The notes: generated by a model not told the origin, from the letters alone. DNA of 64,000 nt from Vicugna vicugna (GCA_013265495.1 MU058423.1:4944793-5008792), one strand, 5' to 3'. Shown: positions 1 to 13,109, counted from the stretch's first letter. Program-made: numbers and translations.

Positions 1-396
1 ACCAGCCAACCAACCATAAAACAACCCCTCTCCCCGAGATCCTCAAATTAAACATCACTTGGCAATTCTGACAGTCTTCAGGATTCACACAGCACAAGTC
101 TTTGGAAAAGAAAAATCATCAAAAACAGACCATTCCTTTTTGGTTTAGGTCTGAAAGATCTGAAGGATATCTTGAGTATATCCTGTATTTTGGGACTTAG
201 AGACACACAGGTGAATTTCATTTTGGTCTCTTAAACATCAAATGGATGCTTAAAATGCACTCAAATGTGGCAAAAGCAATCCCTATCTCAACAGTGCCTA
301 AAATGAAAAATCCACCCTGGTGTTAGACAGGTGACTTGGTCAGAGCTGGAAATTCCTGTTCTCTTCCTAGCTGTATGTGGACTGTGAATTTAACTA

Positions 397-707
397 CACG
401 TATCACTCAGAGATATTCTGAGTTCAGTTCTAGACCACCGCAATAAAGTGAGTAGCTTAGTAAAGTGAGTCACACACTTCTTTTTGGTTTCCTACTGCAC
501 ATAAATTTATGTTGACCCTGTACTGTAGTCTATTAAGTATGTAATAGCATTATATCTAACAAAACAGTGTGTGTACCTTAATTTAAAAATAATGCTGTTG
601 CAGAAATTGTGTCTATGAACTTACTTTATGCAGGGATGCTGAAAACCTTCAATTTGTTAAAAAAAATGCAGTATCTGCAAAGTGCAATTAAGAACAAGAG
701 ACGCCTG
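397..707. mobile_element. Internally deleted Tigger1-type (TcMar-Tigger) DNA transposon
   Basis: Both termini resemble Tigger1 (CACGTATCACTCAGAGATATT...GACCACCGCAATAAAG and ...AAACCTTCAATTTGT...GCAGTATCTGCAAAGTGCAAT...CGCCTG). Flanked by TA at 395-396 and 708-709, the TcMar target duplication. Confidence 0.85.
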
Positions 708-2309
708 TATAAGGTGTTTGTCACTTGTATGTGTGAGGTGGCCATGGTGGAGAATATCTACCCATTTTGTCTTGAGGTTGCACATTGCAGACAAGAGGAT
801 TTTATTTCATTTAACAATGTATGGTGGTAAAAGGAACTATGGGAATTCTTCCAAATTGATTATTTTCATAGGCCTCTGAATCCCAACTTGGAAACCAATG
901 GGAGGATATATTTACTTTAATGAGAACATGCTTTCCTGTAGTGAATTTTTATAGCAAGAAAATGGAGATGTCATTGCTAACGGGGGAGAAAAAAAGACCT
1001 CTGAGGTCTCAGCTTATCCAGCTCTCTTGATTTGAGATGCCATTAACCACTAAATTAATGCAAATATAGCTTAATGAAATGTTTCTCATACTGTGATCAT
1101 AAAATATCCCTGCAAAATACCACTCTGCACTTAATAACTAGGAGAGCCAAACCAGAGTACTCCACATAGTGATTTTCAAAAAATATGAATATTTCCCACA
1201 GATTCCTCAAACACTCAGAAGATCAACACAAGCCTCAAAGGTCAGTCTAATTATAAGACAAATTTGGATTGATTTGCAATCATCTCTGTCAGATAGATGG
1301 CAACACATTCAGTGATGATGATTCTGGTTACAGTGAGCCCATACGACAGGATACCAGATATAAAAGCTGTGTTAGACACTGTGTACTCTGCGTGGCACAG
1401 ATCATGGGGCCCTCACTGGAGTAAAAGCTTCCTTCCCACTCCTTTGGGCCAGTTTCTGTGGGCATGTGCAAACCCAGGGACACCTGACGTGTGCTTCATA
1501 CACCAGTGAAGTACTGCTGGGTAGAGCAAGCATTCAGAAACTCATTGTTACACTATGCAAACGCATGATATTTTTTTACTAGTCAATTTTCCAGCATTTT
1601 GCAAAAGTATTGGAATGTGCTGGATTGGAGATGAGAAAGTAATAATAATCTTTAGTCAAAGATAACCCGAGAAACACCATCCTAAACAGGGTTTATATTT
1701 GCTTTAAGGGAAAACTGGGGAGCACTGACTGAGTGTGAGTCAGAGATGGTTTGCCTGGAATGTATTGTGGGGTAGGAGAAAGGAGAATAAAAAATCTAAT
1801 TTCATCCCCCCAAAAGCATTGTTTGGAACTACATACATAAGACTCTTAAGATCAAGTGAAAATGACATCATTTGATGAATAGGTTCTTGAAAGTTAGAAT
1901 GTTTTTGATTTTACAAATATTTTCATTGTGTGGATTTCCGGAATCAAGAGAGTAGAGAGTAGTGTACATTGGATTGAAGGAAGAGAACATTATCTTCAAT
2001 TTTAATAATATAAATATTCTCAAACAATGGAAATTATGTCACCTTCTCAGAGTATAAAGAGTAATATTAGCTAGCTGTTCAATTCAACCCATAAAAACCA
2101 AGTAGATTTGGGATTTCTAAAGTCCTAGCAAAGTGTTTTGGGCATATGAAAAGGTATTAAAAACTTTTTTAAAATCTAACAAAATTAGTTATAACCCCCA
2201 TAGTAGAGAGTATGAAAGTGGAATGCCAAAGACATAGCTGTCCATTGGGTTAGGTGGGTATGATAAAAAGAAGATACTGAATCTGACAGTGTCTCTGTCC
2301 ACCATGTAA

Positions 2310-2575
2310 ATTCTTATCATCTTTCAAATTTCAAATCAAATGCTACCTTCTGTGAGGAACCTTCTCATAATAGCCTAGTCAGACTATTTGCCTTTTTAAT
2401 ATATCTCTATTTTTATCAGCTATCTTGCTATAGTATAATAATTTGTACAATTTAAAAAAGTCCAGCCTGGAACCTGATGGCAGGGAGGCAGATTTTCTCT
2501 CTTCTTATCTTTATAGTTTTTTTTTTTCCTACAATGTAGGAATTTCCTTGAACTTGGTGCCTGTTAAATAATTAA
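2310..2575 (+). mobile_element. L2 LINE 3' fragment
   Basis: TCAAATGCTACCTTCTGTGAGGAACCTTCTC and a degraded L2 terminus (GGCAGGGA...GGTGCCTGTTAAATA). Confidence 0.55.
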
Positions 2576-2629
2576 CAAGAGCATTCTGGGCTCTGGAGAG
2601 CACCGGGATATATGAGAGTGGATAAATGG

Positions 2630-2728
2630 CAATAATATTAATCATGATAATGATGGATACACACTGAACACTTACTGTGTGCTGGACACTGTTCTAAGCA
2701 TGATGCAGGTTATCATTTAATCCTTCCA
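2630..2728 (-). mobile_element. MIR SINE fragment
   Basis: CACTGAACACTTACTGTGTGCTGGACACTGTTCTAAGC...TCATTTAATCCT matches the reverse MIR 3' half. Confidence 0.75.
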
Positions 2729-2729
2729 T

Positions 2730-2815
2730 CGGTAAGTGCCAGAAACTCAGAATAACTGTAGCTTAAACAGAAAAGGAGATTATTTCTCTCAGATAAAACA
2801 GCCAAAGATGAATGC
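2730..2815. mobile_element. MLT1 (MaLR) LTR, first part, split by an L1 insertion
   Basis: AAGTGCCAGAAACTCAGAATAACTGTAGCTTAAACAGAAAAGGAGATTATTTCTCTCA resembles an MLT1J/K/L-group end; the rest appears at ~8300-8690. Confidence 0.5.
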
Positions 2816-2849
2816 TTGTAATGGAAAATGGTATAATGAAGAGGTTAAG

Positions 2850-4744
2850 ATAACAGATAAAATCTTGAGAAAGGTATATTATTAAAAAACAATGGTATGA
2901 ACACGCGAGAAAGCATTTGCAAACATTCAGAAGCCAGAACAGTTTATTCCTCAAACACTTTGACAAGAAAGGATAATAACAAGGTAACAAGAAACATAAT
3001 GCAAGTTTGTGACTTTCTTGGCCAAGTGCACTCCCTAACCCTGGGGGCCACAGTGGACAAAACTGCAGACTCATTTCCTCCACTTGAGGTGGCAGGAATG
3101 AATATTAAGCTGAAAAAGCAGGTAGAAAATTGAAAGGGATGATCGTGGGAGAGATTCCAAAGATCTGAGATCCCAAATCTACAAACCCTCCACCCAGATT
3201 CCTGAATGCTAGACAATGCATACTCAGGAAACCTGCTGGGAAATGGGGGAAAACAAATGAACAAAAACAGGAAGAGATGGGAAAGGATACTAGTTGAAAT
3301 TAGTGAATTTCTTCCATTTTTTCTTCTCCATCTGTTTTTCTTTTTAACTGAATATATCCCCTAGCTATTTGTAACTTTGTCAGGAGAAAACTGAACAGGT
3401 CTTAATGACTTGAGGTACAGGAAGATAAAAGCAAAGGCTGGCAGAGAAACCAGAAAATTAGAGCCGATTTCCAAGAAGTAGGAAAATCACAGGCATGGTG
3501 AGACCTGAAATGTGAGAACATAATCTGCCCAAATCCTCGGCGGACCCCAAAGTATACAGGCTTGAGGGAGATCACGGGGAACCAGGCTTCATAAAATAAA
3601 ATTAACTAGCAGCTGAAACTGTAAGAATTGAGCAGAGATATCAGCTCCTGCAGACTCTGGGAGAGCTTATAACTTGAGTCTATGTGAATTAATTGCCACT
3701 AGGATTAAAAAACAAAGAAACAAAAGCATCCAAGTTCTTCTCTGAAGAACATGACAAGATTCAGAGTCACTATATTACCTCAAACATTCAGTTTTCAACC
3801 AAAAAAATACTAGACATCCCCCCCAAAGAAACTCAAGAGAATGTGTGACTCCTATTAATAGTAAGTAAGAATAACTTCAAAGAGCTACTATATTATGTTT
3901 GAATAATTTTTAAATGTCTCTACTAAGGAAACATATGGGGAATCTCAGCAGAGAAATGAAAACTTATCTTAAAAATGAATTTTTTAAAGATGAAATGTAT
4001 AGTAACTTAAACAAAAATTTATAGCATGATCTCTGCAATGGACTGGAGTTGTCAGAATCAGTGACATTGAAGTTAGAGAAATGGAAATTACCCAGTCCAA
4101 AGAATGGAGATAAAAAGATCAGTAAGAAGTACACAGAGCCACAGAAATCTGAAGAGTAATACCAAACAGTACGACACACGTGTAATTGGGGCCCTAGAAA
4201 GAGCAGAGAGTGAGAAAAAGGCAGGACAAAGTGTGTAAAGATAATGGATGGAAATTTGACAAATAAGGTTAAAATATTAATTTATAGAACCCAGAAATCC
4301 AATGAACCCTTAGCAGTATAAACCAAAAACAAAACCTTCCCAAGTACATGACCATTAAACTGCTAAAAGCAAAGATAGTGAGACATTCTTGAAAGCAGAT
4401 AAAAGAAAACAGTATTTTAGATCACAGGGGGATGACAATATATTTAATAAATGACTTCTATGAAACCAGAGGAGGCCAGAAGATATTAGAACAGCATGTT
4501 TAAGTTAGTGGTTGTGGAGAAGAAAGCATGTTAACCAAAAAATTCTATATCCAGTGAAACTATCCTTCAAAATAAAGATGAAATAAGGCATTTTCAAATA
4601 AAGAACAATGGAGGAAAAGTGTTGCAGAGAGACTTTGAAGGGCTTCAGGTTCAAAGGAACTGGGAACTGGGAGCCCATATTTCCAGGGAGGAATGAAAAA
4701 TACCAGAAATGGTAAAGATAAATGCAAATATAAAAAACTGTATC
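2850..4744 (+). mobile_element. Old L1 (L1M) 5'UTR/ORF1 remnant
   Basis: A-rich strand with ORF1-type motifs (GTAATTGGGGCCCTAGAAGAG; AATTCTATATCCAGTGAAACTATCCTTCAAAATAAAGATGAAATAAGGCATTTTCA). No intact frame. Confidence 0.75.
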
Positions 4745-5340
4745 TAGGAAAACAGATTGGTGGTTCCTCAAAAGATTAGATGTAGAATTACCATATGATG
4801 CAATAGTACTCCTATACACCCCCTAAAATTGAAAACATTTCCTCATAGAAGTTCATGTATACCTATGTTCACAGCAGCATGACTCACAGTAGCCAAAAGG
4901 TGGAAACAACACACATGTTCAGCAATGGATGAACAGATAAACAAACTGTAGTATGTCGCATCCCTGCAATGGGATCTTATGCACACATACAAACGAGTCG
5001 ATATGATACCTGCTACAGCATGGATGAACCTCAGAAACATTATGCTAGTTCAAAGAGGTCAGGCACAAAAGGTCCCACATTGTATGATCCCATCTATATG
5101 AAGCAGCCAGGTACATCCATAGAGATAGGATGCAGATTAGTGACTGCCAAGGGCTTTGGGGGACAGGGAATGGGGAGCAACTGCTCAATGGGTATGAGCT
5201 TTCCTTTGGGTATAATGAAAATATTGGGAATAGATGGAGTTGGTGGTCGCACAATATTATGAATGGACTAAGTGCCACTGAGTTGTTCACTTTAAAAATA
5301 ATTTTATGCTATATGATTTCACCTCAATAAAAATATAGTA
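4745..5340 (+). mobile_element. L1MB-type 3' end nested in the older L1
   Basis: GGAAAACAG...TAGAATTACCATATGA...CATGGATGAACCTCAGAAACATTATGCTA...GATTAGTGACTGCCAAGGG...CACCTCAATAAAAA is the typical L1MB 3' UTR and polyA signal. Confidence 0.85.
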
Positions 5341-5529
5341 AAAAAGTCTACAGTATCTACAAACTACATTCTTACTAACATGTCTGTTAGAGTATAGAAA
5401 GAAAAAACATGATACTATATTACTATATTATTAGGTTTATAACATATGTAGCTGTATTATATATGATAGCAACATTTGCACCAAACATAGGAATAAATGG
5501 AAGTTTCCTACATTTTACCTGAAGTTTTC

Positions 5530-5900
5530 AAAATCCATTGGTCTATTTTGCATCTTGAATAAATGTTTTAACACAAGCATGCTTTTGTAACATCGTATTT
5601 TGGTGGTTTAGAAAATATTAGGCCATTGAATGATACACGTTTTTCAAATATTAACACATTTTATTTTATAACATTAAAATCAAATTGATTAATATAACTA
5701 TTCTATTCATCAGAAAAGTTTTAAAATAATCAGATACAATCAAGCTCATAATGGCAGGTGTAAGTTTTTCAAAACTCTAAATTTCTTTTGAAAACTCAAT
5801 GTTCATCTTTAACAGCAAATACTATCAGTTATTTTCCATGAAATGACAGGCTTGCATTGTTCATTTTTAAGAATATATTTGCCAAACAGCCATATTTGAA
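5530..5900 (-). mobile_element. hAT Charlie1-type DNA transposon internal fragment
   Basis: GCATGCTTTTGTAACATC...CATCAGAAAAG...CAAATACTATCAGTTATTTTCCATGAAATGACAGGC...GCCAAA resembles Charlie1/1a transposase sequence in antisense. Confidence 0.65.
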
Positions 5901-5909
5901 AAAAAAAAA

Positions 5910-8295
5910 CCCAGCAAACCAATATCTCTCATGAATACAGATATAAAAATTCTTAATAAAATATTAATAAACTGAATTTCCAAAATATTCAAGATGGATA
6001 ACAAATTAGGATCAATTGGGGTTTATTCCAAGAATAAAACATTACTTTAACATAAGAATACAATGTAATCTACATGCTTAGAGAATAAATGAGGAAAGCC
6101 ATATGATCATCTCAAAAGAGATAGGCAATTTATTTGACAAAGTTCAACACACATTTAGGATAAAAACTTTCAACAAGTTAGAAATAAGGAAAACTTCTTC
6201 AGCATGTTAAGGAGCATCTACCAAAAGCCCACAGCCACTATCCTCTTTAGTGAAAAATACTGGATGGTTTTTTTCTAAGACTAGGAGATATGATGTTCCT
6301 TTTCATCATCTCTATTCAACATTGTGCGAGAGGTTCAAGCCAGTGAAATAAGGGAAGGAAAAAGGATGAATGCATATTGTAAAGGAAGCTGTTAAGCTAG
6401 CTTTAGTTTATCTTCTACCTAGAAAATTCTAAGTAATCTACAAAAAGGGATATGAGAACTAATAACTAAGTTTAGCAAAGCCATAGCATATAAAGTTGAT
6501 ATACAAAAATAATTCTAGCTGTGAAAGGAAATAAAAATTATTTCCATATACAGTAGCATACCCAAACATGAAATACTTAGGCATGGATTTTACAAAAAGT
6601 ACATCGATACCATACAATGAAAACTACAAAATATTGCCAAAATAAGTACTAAAGAAATTGAAAGGTATACCATTCTACCATTGGATTGGGAGACAGAATA
6701 CTGTTAAGATGTTATTTTATCTAAATCAATCTTTTAGTCAACAGCAATCAAAATAGTTGTGAGCATTTTTGAGGAAATTCACTAGATGACTAAAATTTAT
6801 GTGGAAATGTAAATGATCTAGCATTACAAATGCAGTGATGAAAAAAAGAATAAACTTGCAGCATTGACAAGACCAAATTTCTTCACTTACTATAAAGTTA
6901 TAGTAATGAAGACAATACAGTTTTTGCAAAGGGTATTATTATAGTCCAATGAAACGGAATAGAGTCCAGAAATAAATCCACTCATGTAATCAATTAACTA
7001 TTAACAAAGTAGTCAAGGCCATTCAATGAGAGAAAATCAAGTCTTTTTTTAATAAATGCTGTTGAAACTACTGGATATTGGTATGGAAATAAAAGTTGGC
7101 TCTTATCTCTCACAATGTACAAATCTTTAAACAAATCAGAGACAAATGTAAAAACTAATACTATAAAAATTCTAAAAGAAAACATAGAAGAAAACCTTTG
7201 CAAACTTGAGATAGGCAAAGATTTTATACATAGGAAAGAAAAAGCAAAAATCTTAAAAGAACAAAATTTATAAATAAAATTTTGTTGAAATTAAAAATTT
7301 CTGGTCATTAAAAGGCATTATTAAAAATATAAAGCAAAGTTACAGACTGGAGAAAATGTTTCTGTTATACAGATATGACAAAGAACTTTTATAAAAAAAA
7401 TTTTTAAAAGATATGTGAACGGCCATTAAATACATGAATGTTGCCAATAGCATCATGGAAATACAAATGAAAACCACAATGAGAAAACACTAGCATAACT
7501 AAACTGTAGTAACAATGAGATTCCATTACAACAGCAAAAATTAAAGACTAACAACTTCAAATGTTGAGAAGGATATGGAGCACCTGGAACTGTCATACAT
7601 TGCTGATGGGAATATAAAATAGCATAATGCATTGGAAAACAATTAAACAGTTTCTTAACAACAACAAAACATTAAGAAAACATATATTTACCATGAGATC
7701 CAGGGATCTCGTTCCTATTTAGACAGAAAGAGCAAAATATATGTCCACTCAAAGCCTTATACTTAGAATGTTCATGGTAGCTTTATTCATGATAGCTAAA
7801 ACCCATATATATATATATATATAAAACCAGAACATCAAACAGAGGAATGGATGACTAAATATAGCCATGCAAGGAAATACTCTTCAGGATTAAAAGGAAC
7901 ACACTACTGATGCATGAAACTACATTATGCTCAGTGAAAGATGCCCAGCACAAAATACTACAAATTCTATTATTCTTTTAAATGACATTCTAGAAATAAA
8001 CAGTCATCTATCTTGAGAGAAAGCAAATTTGTATTTGCTCTTGGTGAAAGTCTGGGAGGAGAAAGTGTGGGATGGACTGAAAAAAACCCAGTGAAAATTC
8101 TGGGGATGGTGGAAATGTTCAGTATCTGGTTGTGGCTGTCGTTACATCAGTGTGATCACTTGTCAAAACTTATTAAAGTCCATGTGTAAAACGGGTGCAA
8201 TACATTGTATGTAAGTGAAGAAAGGATTGCATTTATTTAAATTTAAAAAGTACAATAAAAATATAAATGCATACACATTATTTAAAAATAAATCT
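5910..8295 (+). mobile_element. Old L1 ORF2 remnant and 3' end (L1MC/L1ME-like)
   Basis: Begins at the RT motif CCAATATCTCTCATGAATACAGATATAAAAATTCTTAATAAAATA (PISLMNTDIKILNKI, cf. ORF2p PISLMNIDAKILNKIL), runs through degraded ORF2 and 3' UTR to an A-rich tail. Confidence 0.9.
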
Positions 8296-8299
8296 AAAT

Positions 8300-8691
8300 A
8301 TAGAGAGATTAGGGTAACATAACGTTGCCGGCATCAAGGGAGACCTATGTTTCTTCCATCTTTTTCACTGCGCAATTCTCAACATGCTTTCTTCTCATGA
8401 AGTAAGTTTTCTCAAGCTCCAGTCCTCCTGTCTGTGTTTCAGTCAGCACACTGGAGACAGCAGAGGATGCCTTGCTTTCTCCCTCCCTCTAAGGACATGT
8501 CTTAAAATTGCTTACCTCACTTCTCATTCTATTCCATTGTCCGGCACTGGGTTACATGGCAATAGCTAGTGACACCAGAGGCGGGAAATGTAACGTTTAC
8601 CCCGCATGGCCATTTACTCAGCTAAAAATTTGAAGCTCACTGCTAAGGGTGAGGGAAATACTACATAGAGGGAGTAAATCTCTTTATCACA
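8300..8691. mobile_element. MLT1 (MaLR) LTR, second part
   Basis: CCATTGTCCGGCACTGGGTTACATGGC...GGGAAATGTA...TCTCTTTATCACA matches the MLT1J/K/L-group terminus, ending in CA. Confidence 0.7.
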
Positions 8692-9489
8692 ATTATATTC
8701 CTTCAGACTTTTTTATACATTGAGGTCATATACCAACTTACTCTTACTAAAGTAAGAGAAATTTCTATATGTATATCTTCCTCTAAGATTTCATGTTTTT
8801 CTGTAAAGTAGTACTTACCACAATGTATGGTAGTTGTTAAATATCTTGCATGTTTTTGTAAATCAGCTATACTTCAATAAATTTATAAATATGTATATAT
8901 ACATGGCATGTTTAGATTACTGGACTTAAAGGAAGAAATTCTATCTTACTCATTTTTTTAAGGCAGCACTTGCCAATATTTAGATAATGGTCATTTAGTA
9001 AATATTGTTGACGTTTTTCTAACCAAATGAAATTTTTGAACCCACAAAACTAAGGGCAATTTTCATCCTAGAAATGACCACCATGTATAGACCAATCGCA
9101 GCTGCGGGATAGTCTCCTTCGGTGAAATTTTTATATGCGAGAAAGGCCTATTGGCAAACATTCGTTGGTGTGCCGTGGTAGTTCAGATGCAGGTTTTTCT
9201 TGGGTTAATAAAATAGAACTTTCTGATCTAAAGTTTAAGTAAGAAATTTAGTATGATCAGTATATATGTGAGAGAGTTTACCAACATTCTCCAAAGCAGG
9301 AACACACGCCCCAGAATTTTACACGTAAAATCATGCGGCTGTAGCTGGTCATATCTGAATTAACGATTACTTCTTTCCACCTTCTGAAGTACAGCCGAGC
9401 TGGAGCTGGTCTGCATGTACACTGTTACACACCTGCGCTGGGGATTATTATAGATCTTGGTTAGATGTGTCATTTCAAGTTCAGTGTTA

Positions 9490-9560
9490 AATATGTATAT
9501 TTATACGCATATGCATATGTGTTTGTATGTACATATATATATATACACATACACACAATA
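9490..9560. repeat. (TA)/(CA) low-complexity tract
   Basis: ATATGTATATTTATACGCATATGCATATG...ATATATATACACATACACAC. Confidence 0.8.
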
Positions 9561-10470
9561 TGACAAAGAATACAGCATGATAAACAACAGTGCACACAGG
9601 CAGCAGCACAGTGTTTTTGGCTTTGCCTCCTGCAGGATAACAGACCTTGACACAAGGATGTCCTTGAACTCACTGCCCGAGCTAGAAGAAGGCTGAGGCT
9701 CTAACGCTCACAGTTCAGCCATAGGGTCTACACTGCATGTGCCATTCGTTCTACTTCAACAATGGAATTGTTTAAAAAGTCAGAAACTGGTAACTCATAC
9801 CTAAGGTGATTTAACGACCACCCAAAGACTTGTCTGCAGTACAAGCGTCTATGTACCTGGGGAGAGGTATCTGGATGGATTGCCAATGGGACTCGTTAAG
9901 GCAAAGGGACAAAGGCAGGAGGAGGCAGACACCGTCCAGAGGGGAGTGAGCAAAGACAGAGATGTGGTTTAGGATGGCGAGGCATCTGAGTGACACAGTG
10001 GTTTTGCCTGCCATGTGCCATATGTTACATCCTATTTTATTCTCTTCTTTTCTATTCAGAGTCCTTTTATATTCAGGAAAATGGGTAAAGTTCCAAAATT
10101 TAAAAAAGAAGAAACAAGAAAGAAGCCCATGCAATACATTTCTAAATATTATACAGCTTCCATATTTGAAGGCAAAAAGAAAAAAGAAAAAAAAACAACT
10201 CAGAATTTGGGGAAGACTTTAAAAGTATTTTCAGGCCTTAAAAGTTTGTAAACCTAGATTTGTGGCAGAACAGAGAAATACACCCCCAGTGGAGAGGAAA
10301 TTTGGTAATTCTTTTCTTGTAAGGGGGAGACTGCAGAGAAATCACTCTGTATATAGCACATATTGTGAAAAGACCAATCTCCTTGCAATCCAGAGGAAAC
10401 CTAGAGGCCCACGTCCACCTCTGAGGCTGCTTTACACGGAGATTTAACTTTACGGAGCTATTAAGGGTAT

Positions 10471-10866
10471 TGTTAAAAGATAAACTGAGGCTTATTAACA
10501 AACATCTTTAAGAGTTTATTTGAGCAAAAACTGATTTGAATCAGGCAGCATCCAAGCTAGCAGATAGGAGCTTTAAAGAGCTGTACAAAATGAAAGACTT
10601 TTATAGCCAGAAAGGAGCAGAAATAAGGAAGTTACATGAGGCAAAAAAATAAGTGGGTTGGTTATTGCAAGGTTACTTTCCTTTAGTAACCTTGCAATAC
10701 ACAGGGGTCTGTCAGCAGGTTGCCTAACTAGTGCTGATCAAGGACTCCCAATTGATTGGTTTCAGATCCCGTTTCTGGGAGAGTTGAAACTAAGCAAGTC
10801 TCAGGTTGGTGACATGGAGTTTAGCATAAGTGACTCCATTTTGGATCTGTTGTCTTGTTCTTAACG
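10471..10866 (-). mobile_element. ERV1-class solo LTR with 4-bp TSD
   Basis: Starts TGTTAA and ends TTAACG (TTAACA with one change). TSD GTAT at 10467-10470 and 10867-10870. The minus strand has CAAAATGGAGTCACTTATGCTAA near its 5' end and AATAAA (TTTATT at ~10515) near its 3' end. Confidence 0.8.
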
Positions 10867-11889
10867 GTATTCATGTATTTTATTCTCTCTTAGACTACAG
10901 GGCATGCATGATGCCCTAGTGTCAAAGGGAAAGCCTGATATTAAGTTTTCCTTACCCAGATTTTAACTGTCAGAATTAGTTAACTTACTTTACAAAAACT
11001 TAATGTGGCCTTGGTTTTTGACAGTCAGAAGAGATTAGATACTGACACAACTCTGAGATGTTGCAACTAATAAGCTCTTTCAAAAACAGTCTAAGACTTA
11101 GTACATTTGACAGCTGATATGGGCCCTTAAGAAGAATTTTATTAATGACAATTAAGTCAAATGCAGTTAATTCTGCAGTTAACAAGAACTTTTTGTTCCA
11201 TATTTATAAATAGATTTTTTTTTTTTTACTAACAATTCAAAGACGTTCTGCATTTCTTTCTCCTCTGTGTGGGAGGACAGTGTTTTTTTCAGGTAAAAAG
11301 AACACAGTCATCATTATTGGAGATAACAAAAATCTCACACATGGAGAAAAGATAGAACTCTGTAAACTAGAAAAAAACAATGGAGTCATTTTAATCACAT
11401 AGCCATCTCCTTGAGAAGATAAGATTTAGCTACCGTTAAAGTGAGTGGATGGATGAGGGATCACATTACTTATGTTAGCTCAAGTAGAGTTCTTCACTGT
11501 GGAGGTTGAGGTCAAGTCTACCACCACGTGCATCCATCTGGTTGCCCACTAAATATTCTCTTTCAGATGAGGCAGCTGATATTTCACTGAGTGTCTCCAG
11601 GAGATGTCAGATAAACAATCAGAGAGTAGGAATTAGAACCAGTAATTGCTAATTGCTAATTCCAATTGCTAAGGAAATGACTAGGAGAATAGCATTTGAA
11701 ATGAAAATGCTATGAACAGTCAGCATTAATAGTAGATTTCCCCACATTAAACAACGTGTATATTGATGAAACAATAATATGTTCCTATAAGGGGTTCTTC
11801 CCCTAAAAAAGATGCCTCCGTTGTGTCAGTAGAATTAACTCAAACTAACTCAGCCTTCATGCTTTTTTAATACTGCAGAAGGACATAAT

Positions 11890-12110
11890 AAGTGGGGTAG
11901 AAATAATATGGATTCTGACAGACTTGGTTCTGAAACCTTGCTCCACTGTTTATTGGCTCTGTACCTTGGATATTTAGTTTACCTTTTTGAACTTCAGTTT
12001 CCTTTCAGTAAAATTGGAATAATAATAAATGAGAGCATGATTTCAGGGAATATTATGTGGGGAAATTCATATAAAATGTTTTAACATCTTAACTGACTCA
12101 GAGATATTTC
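11890..12110 (+). mobile_element. MIR SINE
   Basis: GACAGACTTGGTTCTGAAACCTTGCTCCACTG...CTTCAGTTTCCTTTCAGTAAAATTGGAATAATAATA (MIR core). Confidence 0.75.
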
Positions 12111-12299
12111 TTGACCCTTTTGGGTAATTGATCCTGTATAAATTACTCTGTTGACCTTTTAAAAAAAGTTTCATTTTTCTAAAAGAAATATTTTACATAA
12201 TTCCAAGACCAATATGTAAAACAAATCCAGTAACCCATATTTTTTGTGTATCATCACCTGAGTTTAGAACATTATTTTTAAAAAAGGTCTAGCACTCTG

Positions 12300-12410
12300 C
12301 TTTCAACTTGAGGAAACTGAGGTCTTTTAATTTAAAAAATTATCCTCAAATTCCCATAGAGAGTAAGGTCTCTTATCCTTCAGTTCAGGGTCCTTTGCCC
12401 TGCAATACAC
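12300..12410 (-). mobile_element. MIR fragment
   Basis: TGAGGAAACTGAGG core with a degraded flank. Confidence 0.5.
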
Positions 12411-12599
12411 TTGTGTTCTATCTTACATTAATTTAAATATTCTCTCTTAATGAGTAAGGTCAAAAATAACCATCGAGTGGGGAATAATCTCCATGTATAT
12501 TTGCAAAACAAATGAGAAACTGGTTTTATATAATTCTATAAACTTTAATACAGCTATGTGAGTTTCTTTCATTTATATTTTGCTATTATAATTGTCAGA

Positions 12600-12780
12600 T
12601 TGAGGCATGGATTTTGGAGTCAAATCCCAGAGTCATGTCTACCATTGACCATGACACACATTTATCTTCAAGACTTTGTTTCTCTGTTTGTAAAATGGGG
12701 CAAATAATACATCCCTATTCGATTGTTATGATATATATAACACAGTCAGCATAGTGGTTGGCACAGAATGGTCATTACAC
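12600..12780 (+). mobile_element. MIR SINE
   Basis: TTTTGGAGTCAAAT...TGTTTCTCTGTTTGTAAAATGGGGCAAATAATAC...GCATAGTGGTTGGCACAGAATGG. Confidence 0.7.
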
Positions 12781-13109
12781 ACACGCACGCATAATCAAAG
12801 CAGTCTTTAGATATTAGTTTATCACTGAGACATCTGCAACAGGTAAATAGGTAGCAAAATGACAATTCTTGTAATTTCAGAGAAAAATTAGGGTTGTTTC
12901 CTATCCTTTCCACAATATCCTGGATAATTACATTTCTATCACTAAATAAATATAGGACGGGCATTTCAGTTCAGGATTCTGTGCCTCAAACTGAGGAATT
13001 CTTGGTTTTGAAGACTAAAGGACCTATGCAGATCCTGTAATGATATAATGAATACTGGCTTCTTGAGTGGGATGCAAACCAATGAGGAAGACAGGAAAGA
13101 GAATTACTA

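Noticed and set aside
9085..9165. Minus-strand CCAAT plus TATAAAA promoter
   Set aside because: The boxes are closer than usual, there is no CpG island or downstream gene, and these motifs are common by chance.
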